Shown piece after piece: positions 1-11,500 of a DNA stretch of 64,000 bases. The notes beneath the pieces are model-generated. The model had not been told where the DNA came from, searched no databases, and saw only the letters and a list, made by a program, of their open reading frames with translations. Position numbers and translations under genes: made by a program. Numbering within the stretch: position 1 is the first letter of the stretch; each line of letters opens with the position of its first letter. This DNA comes from Polyangiaceae bacterium (GTDB lineage Bacteria; Myxococcota_A; Polyangia; Polyangiales; Polyangiaceae). The stretch spans positions 160,001 to 224,000 of the forward strand of contig JBILLK010000015.1 in assembly GCA_044376115.1 (NCBI GenBank), given 5' to 3'.

Positions 1-219
1 GCAGGGATCAGCGAGCTAGACGTGCACCTCGTGCTGACCACTCCCATCCCGGGTGCGTCGCCCGTTCTGGCTCAGGACAACATGCAAGGGAGCAACGCGG
101 TCGTTGGTGGAAACGGCGCGTGTGTTCGCTGGCAAGGGTTCGTCGGCGCGAACGCCAAGTTCGTGATGACCGCGACGGCTGGTGGTGGTGTCGCCGCCGC
201 CCAGCTCTACGTCAAGTAG
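1..219 (+). CDS. 3' end of a hypothetical protein (starts before the window)
   Basis: Frame open from the window edge to TAG at 217-219 (..AGGGVAAAQLYVK), followed by a hairpin. Confidence 0.6.
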   Translation, partial: AGISELDVHLVLTTPIPGASPVLAQDNMQGSNAVVGGNGACVRWQGFVGANAKFVMTATAGGGVAAAQLYVK

Positions 220-239
220 AGCCCCTTCGTCGTCAGAGC

Positions 240-268
240 AAAGCCCATGCCCTTCAGGCGTGGGCTTT
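240..268. terminator. Probable bidirectional intrinsic terminator
   Basis: AAAGCCCATGCC-cttca-GGCGTGGGCTTT stem between convergent genes, T-rich 3' flank. Confidence 0.6.
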
Positions 269-294
269 CGTGTTTTGTTCGCAGTCGATCGGGG

Positions 295-1926
295 TCATTT
301 GCAAACCGACGGCAGGAGTCGGTCGGCTTCTCCGGGAGGAAGATCCATTTCCAAGACGGTCGACCCTTGGCGCGCAAAGGAACCTTTTCGCTGTCCTCGG
401 ATGTAGCTCTCAGCTGCAGACTCCGAAGGGAATTTGAGCGCAACCACCGTACCGCTTTCGCTTCCTCGGGCGAACGTATTGCCTCTTCCTTCCGGCCCAA
501 GACAGCGGAAGTTCACCATATCTCCGGAGCAGACGATCGCTGTCCCCGAAACACGCCAACCGAGCCGTTCCATTGCCGAGCGGATTCCTGCTTGAGAGGA
601 GGTCAACGTCGTGCAGGTCTGCGACCGAAGCGTTGGGGGCGGTTCCGCAGTCGGCAGTGGAGTGGGAGTGGGCGGTGGCGCCGGAATTGATGGCAGCTTG
701 GCGCTTGGCCTGGGCGGCGTTTGCTCGCTGGGATCCTCATCGCTCTCCTCAATCACTGCCCGCTTCTTTTTCTTCTTCGGCTGGGAGTCGGAGGAATCAG
801 TTGTTCGCGACTTCTTTTCTGGCTCTCGGAACACCCACAACGCAAGCGCCGAAGCAACCGCAACGGCGGTGACCACCCCCACAATCAACGGCCAACGTCT
901 CCTAGGTGCGACGGCTGCGTGAGCTGGACTTGGTTGGGCGTACGGCGCGGAAGCTAGATGCACCTGAGCTGGCCACGCCACGCCTGGGGAGGTCGGAGAG
1001 AAAGCTGTGGACGAGACCTTCGCCTGCTGTTGTTGGGAGACTGGGGGAGACTGAAGAGAATCGGTGATCGCCCTTGCCATCTCCGACGCGTTGGCAAACC
1101 GGGCACTGGGCTCAATCTGTGTAGCACGCACCAAGACCGGGCCCAGCTGTGATGCTGGAAGCCAGCTCGGTAGAACAAACGGCTTGGCCTCGATGCGAAT
1201 GCGGACGACGTCCATCACACTCGCGTCAGAGCCAAACAGCGGCCGCCCGCCAAGCATTTCGATCATCACCACGCCAAGAGCAAACAGGTCAGTTGCTGGA
1301 AACAGGTTGGCACCAAGCAACTGCTCGCGAGGCATGTAGGCGGGAGTTCCCAGTGCCATACCGGCCTGTGTCAACCCAGCGAACGTGCCCGGGTTGATCG
1401 ACTTTGCGATGCCAAAATCGAGCACTTTGACGCGCCCATCCTCGCTTCCTCCCATGAGAAAGATGTTGGCCGGCTTGATATCCCGATGAATCACGCCAAG
1501 CGAGTGGGCGTGCTCAAGCGCCTTGAGGATCTCGAGTGCGATGCGTGCAACGCGCGGGGCAGCGATACCTCCGTGCGCCAAAATCTCGTCCTCGAGGCTC
1601 CTTCCCTTGAGCATCTCGAAGGCAATGAAGAGAGCGCCTGATGCCCAATCAGTCCCCGACGACAGCACCTTCACGGCGTTTGGATGATCGATGCGGCGGG
1701 CGAGCTCAGCTTCACGCCGAAAGCGATCCGCTCCGCCGGCCATGTTCATCACACGGCTCGAAAGCACCTTGACCGCAGCTCTGCTTCCGTCGTGAACGTC
1801 GGTGGCCGCATACACGACTCCGAAGCCGCCGGCGCCCAACACGTGGTCCACGCGATAACGCTGCCCGATGGTCTGCCCCAGAGCGAAGCTATCTGGGTCG
1901 CGATCGGTGAGCGGGTCTTGGGTCAC
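295..1926 (-). CDS. Hanks-type Ser/Thr protein kinase with TM helix and extracytoplasmic C-terminal domain
   Basis: LGAGGFGVVY, AAVKVL, HRDIKPAN, DFG, GTPAYM motifs; hydrophobic WPLIVGVVTAVAVASALALWVF. Confidence 0.95.
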   Translation of the reverse strand: MTQDPLTDRDPDSFALGQTIGQRYRVDHVLGAGGFGVVYAATDVHDGSRAAVKVLSSRVMNMAGGADRFRREAELARRIDHPNAVKVLSSGTDWASGALFIAFEMLKGRSLEDEILAHGGIAAPRVARIALEILKALEHAHSLGVIHRDIKPANIFLMGGSEDGRVKVLDFGIAKSINPGTFAGLTQAGMALGTPAYMPREQLLGANLFPATDLFALGVVMIEMLGGRPLFGSDASVMDVVRIRIEAKPFVLPSWLPASQLGPVLVRATQIEPSARFANASEMARAITDSLQSPPVSQQQQAKVSSTAFSPTSPGVAWPAQVHLASAPYAQPSPAHAAVAPRRRWPLIVGVVTAVAVASALALWVFREPEKKSRTTDSSDSQPKKKKKRAVIEESDEDPSEQTPPRPSAKLPSIPAPPPTPTPLPTAEPPPTLRSQTCTTLTSSQAGIRSAMERLGWRVSGTAIVCSGDMVNFRCLGPEGRGNTFARGSESGTVVALKFPSESAAESYIRGQRKGSFARQGSTVLEMDLPPGEADRLLPSVCK

Positions 1927-1980
1927 GGGCCTCGATTGTAGACCTCATTCCCTTCAGACTGCGACGTACTACCAACGACA

Positions 1981-2005
1981 AAGGCCACACAGTCAGCGTG
2001 GCCTT
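1981..2005 (-). terminator. Probable terminator of the HU gene
   Basis: AAGGCCAC...GTGGCCTT inverted repeat followed by Ts on the minus strand. Confidence 0.45.
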
Positions 2006-2052
2006 CGGACTCGAGAGCGCGTCGAGTCATTCTTTTGCTATCAGCGATGCGA

Positions 2053-2391
2053 TCAGGCGACGGCTTCTTTGATCGCCTTGATCGGCCGCGCGCGAACCGA
2101 CTTGCTCTTCGGCTTGGCCGGGAAGTTCATCGGCTGACCGTTGAACGGGTTGGTACCGGTGCGGGCCTTGGTGGCGGCCTTGTCAACCACGCGGAACTTG
2201 GCGAAGCCTGGGAGGGTGAAGATCTTGCTCTTCTTCAGCTCCTTGTGGCCAACCTCAGCAAGCGAATCCAGCAGGGACTTAACCTGCTTACGGGAAATCT
2301 CCTCACCCACCGCCTCAGCGATCGCCGTGATGAGACCGTTCTTCGTCAGTGCTTTCGCCTTCTTCGGTGCTGCTGCCTTGTTCGTTGCCAT
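2053..2391 (-). CDS. HU/IHF family DNA-binding protein
   Basis: LTKNGLITAIAE, LPGFAKF, ARTGTNPFNGQPM; 112 aa, basic; GGAGG RBS upstream. Confidence 0.92.
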   Translation of the reverse strand: MATNKAAAPKKAKALTKNGLITAIAEAVGEEISRKQVKSLLDSLAEVGHKELKKSKIFTLPGFAKFRVVDKAATKARTGTNPFNGQPMNFPAKPKSKSVRARPIKAIKEAVA

Positions 2392-2511
2392 GATTCATCC
2401 TCCGGGAAATCGAGGGGACGCATGCCCCACTCGGTGAGCGCGCCTGTGCAGCGCAACGGTGCGTAAAGTACACGCGTTTGCTTTCCGCGAAAGTCGAAAG
2501 TGCTAAAACGT

Positions 2512-5500
2512 TCAGCCGAGTCGCGCGATCAGGTCTCGAGCCTCAACCAGTGTGCTGTCTTCGGCCAGTGATTTTTCGAGCATCAACTTAGCCCGACGAG
2601 CGTCTCCAGCCTTAACGGCGATGCTACCGAGGTGGAAGTAGGCGACCGCACGGTCACGCGTGGAGATACTACCGTCTGGCTTCAGCAGCGTGACGGCACG
2701 GAAGGCCCGTTGAGCCACATCTTGCTCGTCGAGGTCCACCGCCAAGAGCCCAAGTTCAAGAGCGAGGCTGCCGTTCTGAGGTTGGTTGTCAAACGCCTTG
2801 CCCAACGCCTCGATCGCATCGCTCAAGTTGCCGCCCTTCGCTTCAACACGATAGAGCGCGTAGTAGGCTTGGCCTAGTTCACGAGAGCGCTTCGACTTGT
2901 GTGATGCAATCACCCCAGCCATGATTTCGCGCGCTTCCTCCCCACGACCCAGAACGGCCAACGCTTCTGCGAGGAGCTGCAGCACGTCTTGGCTGTCGTG
3001 CTGGATCAACTTCGCTTCTTCGAGCACCCGCGACGCCCGCTCTGCCGCAGCGGCGGTCACTGTGCCGTCATCTCCCGTGCTGTAAAGCAGCAAGCGAGCT
3101 GCCTCAAGCAGTCGCTCCAGACGAGCCGCATCGTCTTCGAGACAATGCGCCTCCGCCACGATCAGGTCGGCGAGTTCTGCGATTGCCCCGGTTTCTTCGT
3201 AGACCGAACGAAGCGCCGCCCTCACGGCCTCGTCGTTCGGATCGGAGCCAAGAGCCCGCTCGAGCCCAGGACGCGCGAGGCTAGGACGGCCCAAACGAAC
3301 CGTACACTCGTAGAGGCGCAGAGAAATGCGGCTCAAAGCCGCGCCGCTAGCGATCGCGCAGGCACGGGCATAGGCGGTGGCGGCGGCGTCATCACGCCCT
3401 GCACTCTCCTCGATTTGCGCCAGTGTTGCGAGCAACTCAGGGTTCTGAGGATCGCGCGCGAGCTCCGAATCGAGCACCGTCCGAGCAGCCCCTGGATCAC
3501 CGCTCGCGGCTAATACCTCAGCGAGCTTTCGGCGCAGCTCTCCTTCCGTACGGCGAGAGGCACTTGGATCCGTCGTGATGCGACTGAGGGCCGCCTCGAG
3601 GTGAGCACGCAACTCTGCCGCGTATTGACCCTCCGAATGTTGGTAGGCAGCCTCGAGATCGTCGAGGGCCGCGTCGCTTTCGCCCACCGCTTCACGCAGC
3701 ACGGCCCGCGAAAACAGCAACCAAGCGTCCTTCGCGTCGGCCGCCAACGCGCGATCGACAGCAGCGATGGCCCGCGCATGTTGGGAGGTCGTGGCGCAAG
3801 CATCCATCAATGCAAACAGGGTATCGCGATCGTCTGGGTCAACGTCGAAAGCGTCCGAGTACAAGTCGGCAGCCTCCCGCGGGTCGCCATCCGCTTTGAC
3901 GGTCTCAGCGGCGGCCAGCAGCAGCTCCTTCTTTGCCTTCGGGTCCTGAATGAACTGGGCTTCACCTGCTGAAAGGCGCGCCAACCCGAGACGATCTCCT
4001 CGCTCAGAATAGAGGTTCGTCAGCCGCTGCTTCAGTTCGGTGTTGCGACCGTTGGACTTGTAGCCGGCTGTGAGCGCTCGCTCTGCCCCGACGGCATCCC
4101 CGGAAGCAAGCTTCATGTCTGCGACGCGGAGCGCGAGACGCACCGCCTCATCCCCTTGCTCACGCATGAGCAGGCGGTCGAGCAGATCACCAAGAACGAC
4201 CGAGTCTTCTCGTTCGGTGTGCAAGCGAACCGCGGCACGTAGCGCGTCAAGGTTGTCCTCGTCCCAGTCGAGAGCGCCATGGAATGCATCGAGCGCGGCA
4301 TCGACGTCCCCGCTCTTTTCGCGGAGCTCCCCAATTCGATTCGAGAGAGAGACAACTCGCGGTTTGTCGGAGGCATCCTTCGCTGCATCGAGCTGGCGTT
4401 CGAGCAAGATCGCCAGTTGATCGTGGCGACCGAGCTTGTTGTAGATGCGTTCGAGGTAAGAGGCAGCCTCGACGTTGTTCGGCTCATCATCGATGGCCTC
4501 TGCGAGTACGCTGGCGGCTCGATCGACGTCCTTCGACTCGAGCATGGCGCCAAGCGCAACCCGCAGCCCGGTGCGCTCACTCAGGTCGTCCACCAGCGGT
4601 ATGGTTTCGACCATCAGGGCCGCGAAGGCTTCCGTGTCCCCTGCTCGCTGAAACAAATCCGCGAGCGGATGCCAGAGTTCTCGGTCAGCTGGCTCTCGTT
4701 TGCGAAGTGACTCATAGAGCCCAATGGCCCGTTCGGAATCACCCAAAACGCGATCCGCGAGGTCAGCGACGCGCATGATCAAGGCGCGCTCCTCCACCGG
4801 GTCTGACACGGCTGCAGCGCGCTCCCAGAGGTCTGCGGCTCCCTTCGCGTCACTCGCTCCGAAACGCAGATCCGCAAGGGCCGACAGCGCCCAAGCATCG
4901 TCCGCTGAGTCGTCCTCCTTCGACGCGGGCACGAGCTTTCTCAGCAGACGTTCGGATTGAGCGGGATCCTCAAGTTCGGTGGAGAGCTCGTAGGCCTCCT
5001 TGAAGCAGAGCGAGGGATCGGCGCTGGATTCGGCGGTCATCAGGAGAGCGTCGATGGTTGCTTGGCGACGCCCGCGATCACGGCCGAAATCCTCAAGCAA
5101 GCGGATAAAGCGCGCTTCGCCAGGGTTCAGTGCGAGTACGGCGCGGAGTTCTCGTTCGAAGCGGTCGCCATCGGGGTCTTCTGAGCGCGCCCGATCGAGC
5201 ACGTCGAACACTTCGTCAAAATCGGCTTCGCGCAGATGAATCGCGAGCAATCGATACAGCGTTGGTCCGTATTCGGTGAACGTTTCCCCATCGCTACTCG
5301 ACAGCTCAACCAGTCTAGTAAGGACGCGCACATGCCGAAGAGCCCCAGCTTGCGAGCCGTTGTTTGGCGCAAGTAGGCGATCCAGCTTACTTAGCGCTCC
5401 CCGACGCTCATGAGAGGATCCCTCGCCCGAGTCGTCCCAGGCGAGCAGCAGCTCCTCAAGCGCTTCGGCGGTCTTCTCTGAGTCCTTCATGTCGTTCTCA

Positions 5501-8500
5501 GCGAGCTGCAAAGCTTGCTGGACGTACTCAATTCGCGCGGCGCCGTGAGCCTCTTTGGCGACCGACAACAACTTGCCGTACACATCCGCTAGGCGGCCCA
5601 ACTCGGCCAACAGGCCCAGCAGGGTTGGCATCGCTTGCTCAGCCTTCACGTCGCGATCGGTGAGCAGTTCTGTCAAGCATTCGAGAGCCAGCGCAGCGCC
5701 TTCATCCGCCCGGCGCAACTTACGACCCAGCAGTACAGCGTGCTCAATGCGCAGGCTCAGCCGGCGCTCCTCGCTTAGCTCGCTGCTCTTCAAACACTCC
5801 TCGAGCGCAGTAGCGTAGAACTCGGTGTACCCGCGCTTCTCGAGCGCTGCGAGCAGCGGCTCGAACTCAGAGGCGTCCTCGCGCGCCGTCGTGAAGGCGC
5901 TCTCGATGAACTCGGCCTTCCGTTCCGGCTCTCGTTGATTCTCTGCGACGAAGGCGAGTTCCACGAGCACGCGAGCCTTGGACGTAGTCGCGTCCTTTGG
6001 CTTGTCCCCTTTGTGTGATCGCAGCACCAGTAGCAGGCCACGGTACGTGCGATTGGCGCGTAGGAACTGACCCTCTAGCAATGAAACCTCGCCGAGCAGG
6101 CTGAGGACACCTGCATGGGTAGGATCGATCTTGGAGGCTGCATCCAGTTCTGTCAGAGCTTGCGTGCGGTCGCCCGCAGCGAGCGCCAACTTGGCCAGCT
6201 CGAAGTGAACGAGGGCTCGCTCTTTTGGCTTTCGTGTACCGAACTCAGCCAGAATCTTCGCCAGGACCTCGCGTGCCCGCGGCACGTTGCCTTCGATGCG
6301 ACGTAAGTCCGCGAGCGCAAACAGCGTCTGCAGATCGTCTGGCTTGGCCACAATCGCTGCCTCAAGCAGCTCTGCGGCGCGCGACGGATCGTTCAGCTCG
6401 TGGACGTGCAGGTTGGCTGCTGCGCGCAGCTTCTCCACCTTGGTTGCGACGTCCGTGGCTTCGTTTGCCTCGGCCTCGAGCAACTCTGCCAGGGGCGCAT
6501 GCGCGCCGGCAGACCGATAGATCTCGGCGAGGACCTCGCGCACTCGAGGGGACCCTCGGCCCTCGGAGACAGCTTGTTCAAGCTGCTCGCGCGCGCGCTC
6601 CACAAAGCCAGCCTTGCCGTACGCCGTTGCCAGGCGCAACGAGAGTTCATCCGAGGGTCCAGCGATCTCGATCAACCGCTCCAAAGCGGTAGCTTCATCG
6701 CGCGGCTGGGCTGCCTTCTGAAACAGCGTAGCCAGCCGATCCAATCGCTCCGCCGTCGGCTCCAAATCAACCAGCTTCTGCACCGAGCGCACGGCTCGTG
6801 AAGCATCCTTGAGTCGAGTTTCGGCGAGGGTTGCGGCCTGTTCCAGCAGCGAAATTGCGAAGCCGCGATTGCCTTGCGCGACCGTGTGCGCCGAACTCTC
6901 GAGATGGCTCGCGAGCTCGCTGCTGGCGTCTTTCGCCGTAAGGAGTGTGGTGAGTAGGCGTATCGAGGGTTCGTGGCTGGGGGACTCAGCGAGCGTGCTC
7001 TTGACCGTCGAGATCGCGGCGTCCCTCGAACCAAGTTCGGACTGGAGCTCTGCAGCGGACAAGCGAAGCCGCGCGCGCTCTGCGGCGTCGGAACTGGCTT
7101 CGGCCATACGGCTGCGCAGCCTTGCCAAGTCCGGTTTGCGGTCGAGCTCGAGATACAGTGCGCTGAGTTCCTCGAACGCCATCGCGTCAGTCGGGTCCGC
7201 CGCATAGACGCGTTCGTAAAGCGTCGCCTTCTCCTCCGAGGTCGACAATTCGGCCGCGGAAAGCAGCAAGGACCTGCAATGAGAGGCGGTGATAGGCAGG
7301 TCTGCAAGCTCGAGCAGATGACGCCTCAGGCTTGCCGAATCTCCGCGCTTTCGAAGGGCTTCAGCTTCGACCTCCAGCGCCCAAAGCGCCTTATCCTCCG
7401 CCGTAGCATCAGCTGCGACCTTGAGCTTGAGCACCGCGCGTTCACGAAGCTTCGTAGCGATCGCAACCGCGCCTTCGGTGTCTGCCAACTCACGGAGCGA
7501 TACAGTTACTGCTTCCTCCAGCGGCTCGAGGTTGTCCGCCTCGAGTTCGGCCAACGTCAGCAGCGCCTCCACCAGCGAGGGGCCTGGCGTCGCACGCCGA
7601 TGGGCGACGAGCTTGAGCAAGATGTCCGCGTCAGCAGGCTCGGTCGTATGAGCAGTCCGCAGGAGATTCTCGATACTCGTGGGGTTGGGCGCATGCCCTG
7701 CTAACCACTCTGCCGCCGAGATCAGGAGCTCAGTGGCAATCCCGCGCGGAACGTGATCGCGGACCTCAAGCGCAGGTAGCAGCTGAGGCGCAACGAGATC
7801 CCAACGCTCTGTCTTCTTTGCTCGTTCTAGCAGGCGCTCGGCTGCGCCCGGAAACGCGGGACGCAAGGCAAATGCGGCAATGGTGCGTTCCAAAGCCCGC
7901 ACCGGGTTTGACTGAACTTCTTCCTCGAGGCGGGCCGCATTGAGCAGCACTTCACACTTCTCGAGATCGTTGCTGAGGCACAGCAGGCGTGCGGGCACCA
8001 AGGATAGCCATCGATCAAGCTGACCCGCCGACTCGAAGCTCTTGGCGAGTACGCCGACACCCGTTGCAAAGGTCGGCTCGCTAGGCGACATGGCCCCCAC
8101 GAGCGTCTCCAAGCCGGACTGAGCGGCAGCCAGGCTTGGTTCCTCGGTTAGCGCGCGCGAGTAGCACGACAGAGCCTTTTCGACGTGACCGAGCTTTCGC
8201 TCGATATCGCCGGCTTGAGCGAGCAGCGTGGCTCGGCGCGACGGCCCCTGGCGAGTGGCCACCTCCGACTCGACCAGCTCCGCGAATTCGTCGAATCGCT
8301 CCTCTTCGCGGAGGAGCACTAGGAGTTCGTCGACAAGGTCCGTTCGCTCTGGCGCGAGCACGGTGGCGGCACGATACGCGTGCACGGCACGAGACTTGTC
8401 CCCGAGTTCCTTACGGACGATGGTAGCGAGTTCGACTTGGTCTTTCGTCTTCGCTGCAATGTCAGAAAGCAACGACACACGTTCGCCTAGCGCGTCGGCC

Positions 8501-11500
8501 AGCGCCGCAAACTCGCCCAGCGTCCGGAGCTGCTCAATGACTTTGGAGAGCACCTCGAGATCCTTGGGGTCCACGGCGAGCCACGCCCGCAACGAAACGA
8601 GCGAGCGCGCCCGGTCGCCGATTACCTCATCGGCGATGCGTGCCGCTTCCATGAGGCTCTGGCGCTTCTCGCTGGGCTCGAGCGCTAGCTTGCCGAGCTG
8701 TTCCAACACCGCGCATCGTTCGGCCTCACGACCCATCGCCGCAAGGTCATGATCGAGCTTCTTTGCAGCAGCCAACGCAGCAGACGGGTCTCCTTCGCTG
8801 CGAGAGAGAATGGCCAGCTCAAAGGTCACACTGCGACCTTCGTCCTTGAGTTCTTCGCGAGCGATCTTGGCGCCTTGAGTGAGCAGGAAGAGTGCTCGCG
8901 GCCGTTCGGTTGCTTCGCTCGCCATCTTGAGCAGCGCGTCCACCAATAGGACCACCTTGTCGCGCTCACCCGCGATGTTCACCGAACAGGTGTCGATGAC
9001 GAGCTCCGCGTCCGGCCCCTCCGGAGTCAGCAGCAGGGATGCAAGCCCAGCATCGAGCACTAACTGGTGATCGTTGAGGTCGACAGCAACCGTCTCGAGT
9101 TCTCGCAGCTCCACCAGTCGCTGAGGCAGCGGTAGCTCAGCTTCCAAACCAACTTGGATTGCGGTGGCGAGCTTGGTCAGTTGACCCATGCTCTTGAAGG
9201 TTGGCGCGAGCAGAGCCGCTGCACGCTTTCGGAAAGGAGACTGCTCGGGCAACGATCGCGAGAGTCGCACATAGCGCGGAATGGTCGTGCTCAAGGGCGC
9301 AACCTGCTCGAGCCAGCCGACGACGACCGAGATGGCTTCGTCATCGCCAGCTGCGATCAGTGGTGAAAGCACCTCAAGCGCCGAGTCTCGCTCTTCGAGC
9401 GTGTCCCAAAGCCCTGCGATGCGCAGGCGCATCGGCGCCACCTCTGCTTCCGCGAGGTGCGGCAAGCGGCTCATCAGCAAAGTGATGAGCGCGCGCCACT
9501 TTTGGTGTCGCTCATACAAACGCTCTAGCGACGTTGCGAGCTTGGCATCACTCGGACGGAAGGTCCGGAGTTGTTCGAGGTAGTGGATTGCTCGATCTGC
9601 GTCACCGACGAGATCCTTCGCGACCTCGACCGCATCCTCGATGATCATGATCTTGGACTCTGCGTCCGATTGCCCGCGGATTACCTCATCATAGAGGTCG
9701 AAAAGCTCCGCCCAACGCTCGGCAGCATTGTAAACGAGCTTCAACCGCTCAAAGGCCCACGTTGCGGTGGGCGCAAGCGTGACGATGCGCCGCAACATCT
9801 GCACGAGCGCCTCTTGGTCGTCGAACCACTCTTCCTGGAACGCGACACCGCGCTCCCCCACGCGAAGAGCCACCTCAGGGTCGAGCTGGTCCCCGCTTGC
9901 GAGCGTTTGCTTGTACGCATCAACGACGGCTTGGGGGGCCTTCTGATTACGAGCCAGCTCCTCCACGCGATCCCAGAACGCCTCGTGGTCGGGAAGCGCC
10001 GTTGCTGCGCGAGCGGCAACCTTCAGCGCCGTTGGGTCGGCCTCGTCCAGGCAAACAAGCCAAGCTTCGTACAGCTTCGCTGCCTGTTCCCCGAGCGCCG
10101 ACTTCGGCGCGTTATCGAAAAGCTGCTCGTAGATCGCAGCTCTAGCGTCGACGTCGAGCAGACCATCTGCCACCGCAGAGAGCATCTCCACCGCGCGCTC
10201 CGCGGCATCTTCATGCGCCAGCGCGAGCGCCGCGACCTTGCGGAAGACCGGGTGCTCCCCGTGCGAGGACTGCAGCGGCTCGAGCACGAACAGAGCACGG
10301 AGGACTCCCTCGGACTTCTGCGAGAGATATTCGGCCAGCTCTAGCGACCGCTCCGCACGCGCGTCATCACTTACCGCGACGTCAACTCGACGTGAGAGCG
10401 TGGTCTGAGCTTGGTCCCAATCCCCGGCATCCCGAGCGAACTCAAAGCGAACGACGAGAGCAGCGTCGTCGTCGGGATCGAGTTCGAGCAGGCGCTCGAG
10501 CGCGGCCTCGGCCCTGGGTTGGTCTTTGGCGACGTCACGTTCAAAGCGGAAGAGTTCGAACAGACGCTCCCTAAGTTCACCAGAGGACGCGGACCTGACT
10601 CGATGATCGAGCCACTTACGCTTGCTGGCGATGAGCTTCGGATCAACCACCGAGCCCGCAAAAACCTCGTCGAGCAGCGCGAGTGCTCTCGGGCCTGCTT
10701 CGAGTTCGTCGGCGAGCCCCAGCAGGAGGTCCACCGCTTCACTCTCGCGATTGGTCTGCACCAAAATGTCAGCCCGGATCAGCCCAGTTTCGGAAGACGT
10801 TCCAAAGCGAGCTTCGCATTGATCGAGCAAGCCGAGGACATCATCGGGAGAGACGGCGCCGCCGCGCAGCCTATCGATCGCAGCGGTTGCCTCATCTCTT
10901 GATTCACTCAGACTGACCAGCTGCTTGGTCAGTGCGAGCAAACGCGCGCCATTCCCAGCTTGCGCATTCAACTCCACCAGCGCGCCGAGGGCGGTCTTGT
11001 TCTCGGGTTGATAGGTGAGCACCCGCTCAAACGCTTCGCCCGACTCAGTGAGTAGCGCGGCCTCGCGAGCTTGCTGTGCAGCTCTTGCGAACGACTCCGC
11101 AGCGCGAACGGGATCTCCACCGCGCTCACCAAAGAGCGCGCCTAGATGAGCAAGCGCGCGGTATCGAGCGGCTGCCGAATCGGCGATTCCGACACGTCGC
11201 TCGGCCACAACGATCAACAAGCCAACGTCGACGGTGAGCTTGGCAAGCTCCTCGATCGGGTCGAGTAAGGCGTCGGTCACCAAGAACTCCGCGACCGCCA
11301 AAGCCGACTTGTAATGCGCAGCCGCAAGCTCGAGGTCGTTGCCGCGACGCGAGACCTCAGCGATCTTCAAGTCGAGTTCGGCGCCCTCTCGCGGTGTTGC
11401 GGCGTGAGCCCGCTCTTTCTCGAGCTCCTCCGCAAGCTCCGTGAAGCGTCCCGTAGCTTCAAGTGCCTCGCAAAGCGCCAGTGTGAGGGTCGTATCGTGT

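Noticed and set aside
240..268. Hairpin resembling an IS200/IS605 end (GCCC...CCCTTCAGGCG)
   Set aside because: No tnpA or tnpB nearby; position between convergent genes fits a terminator
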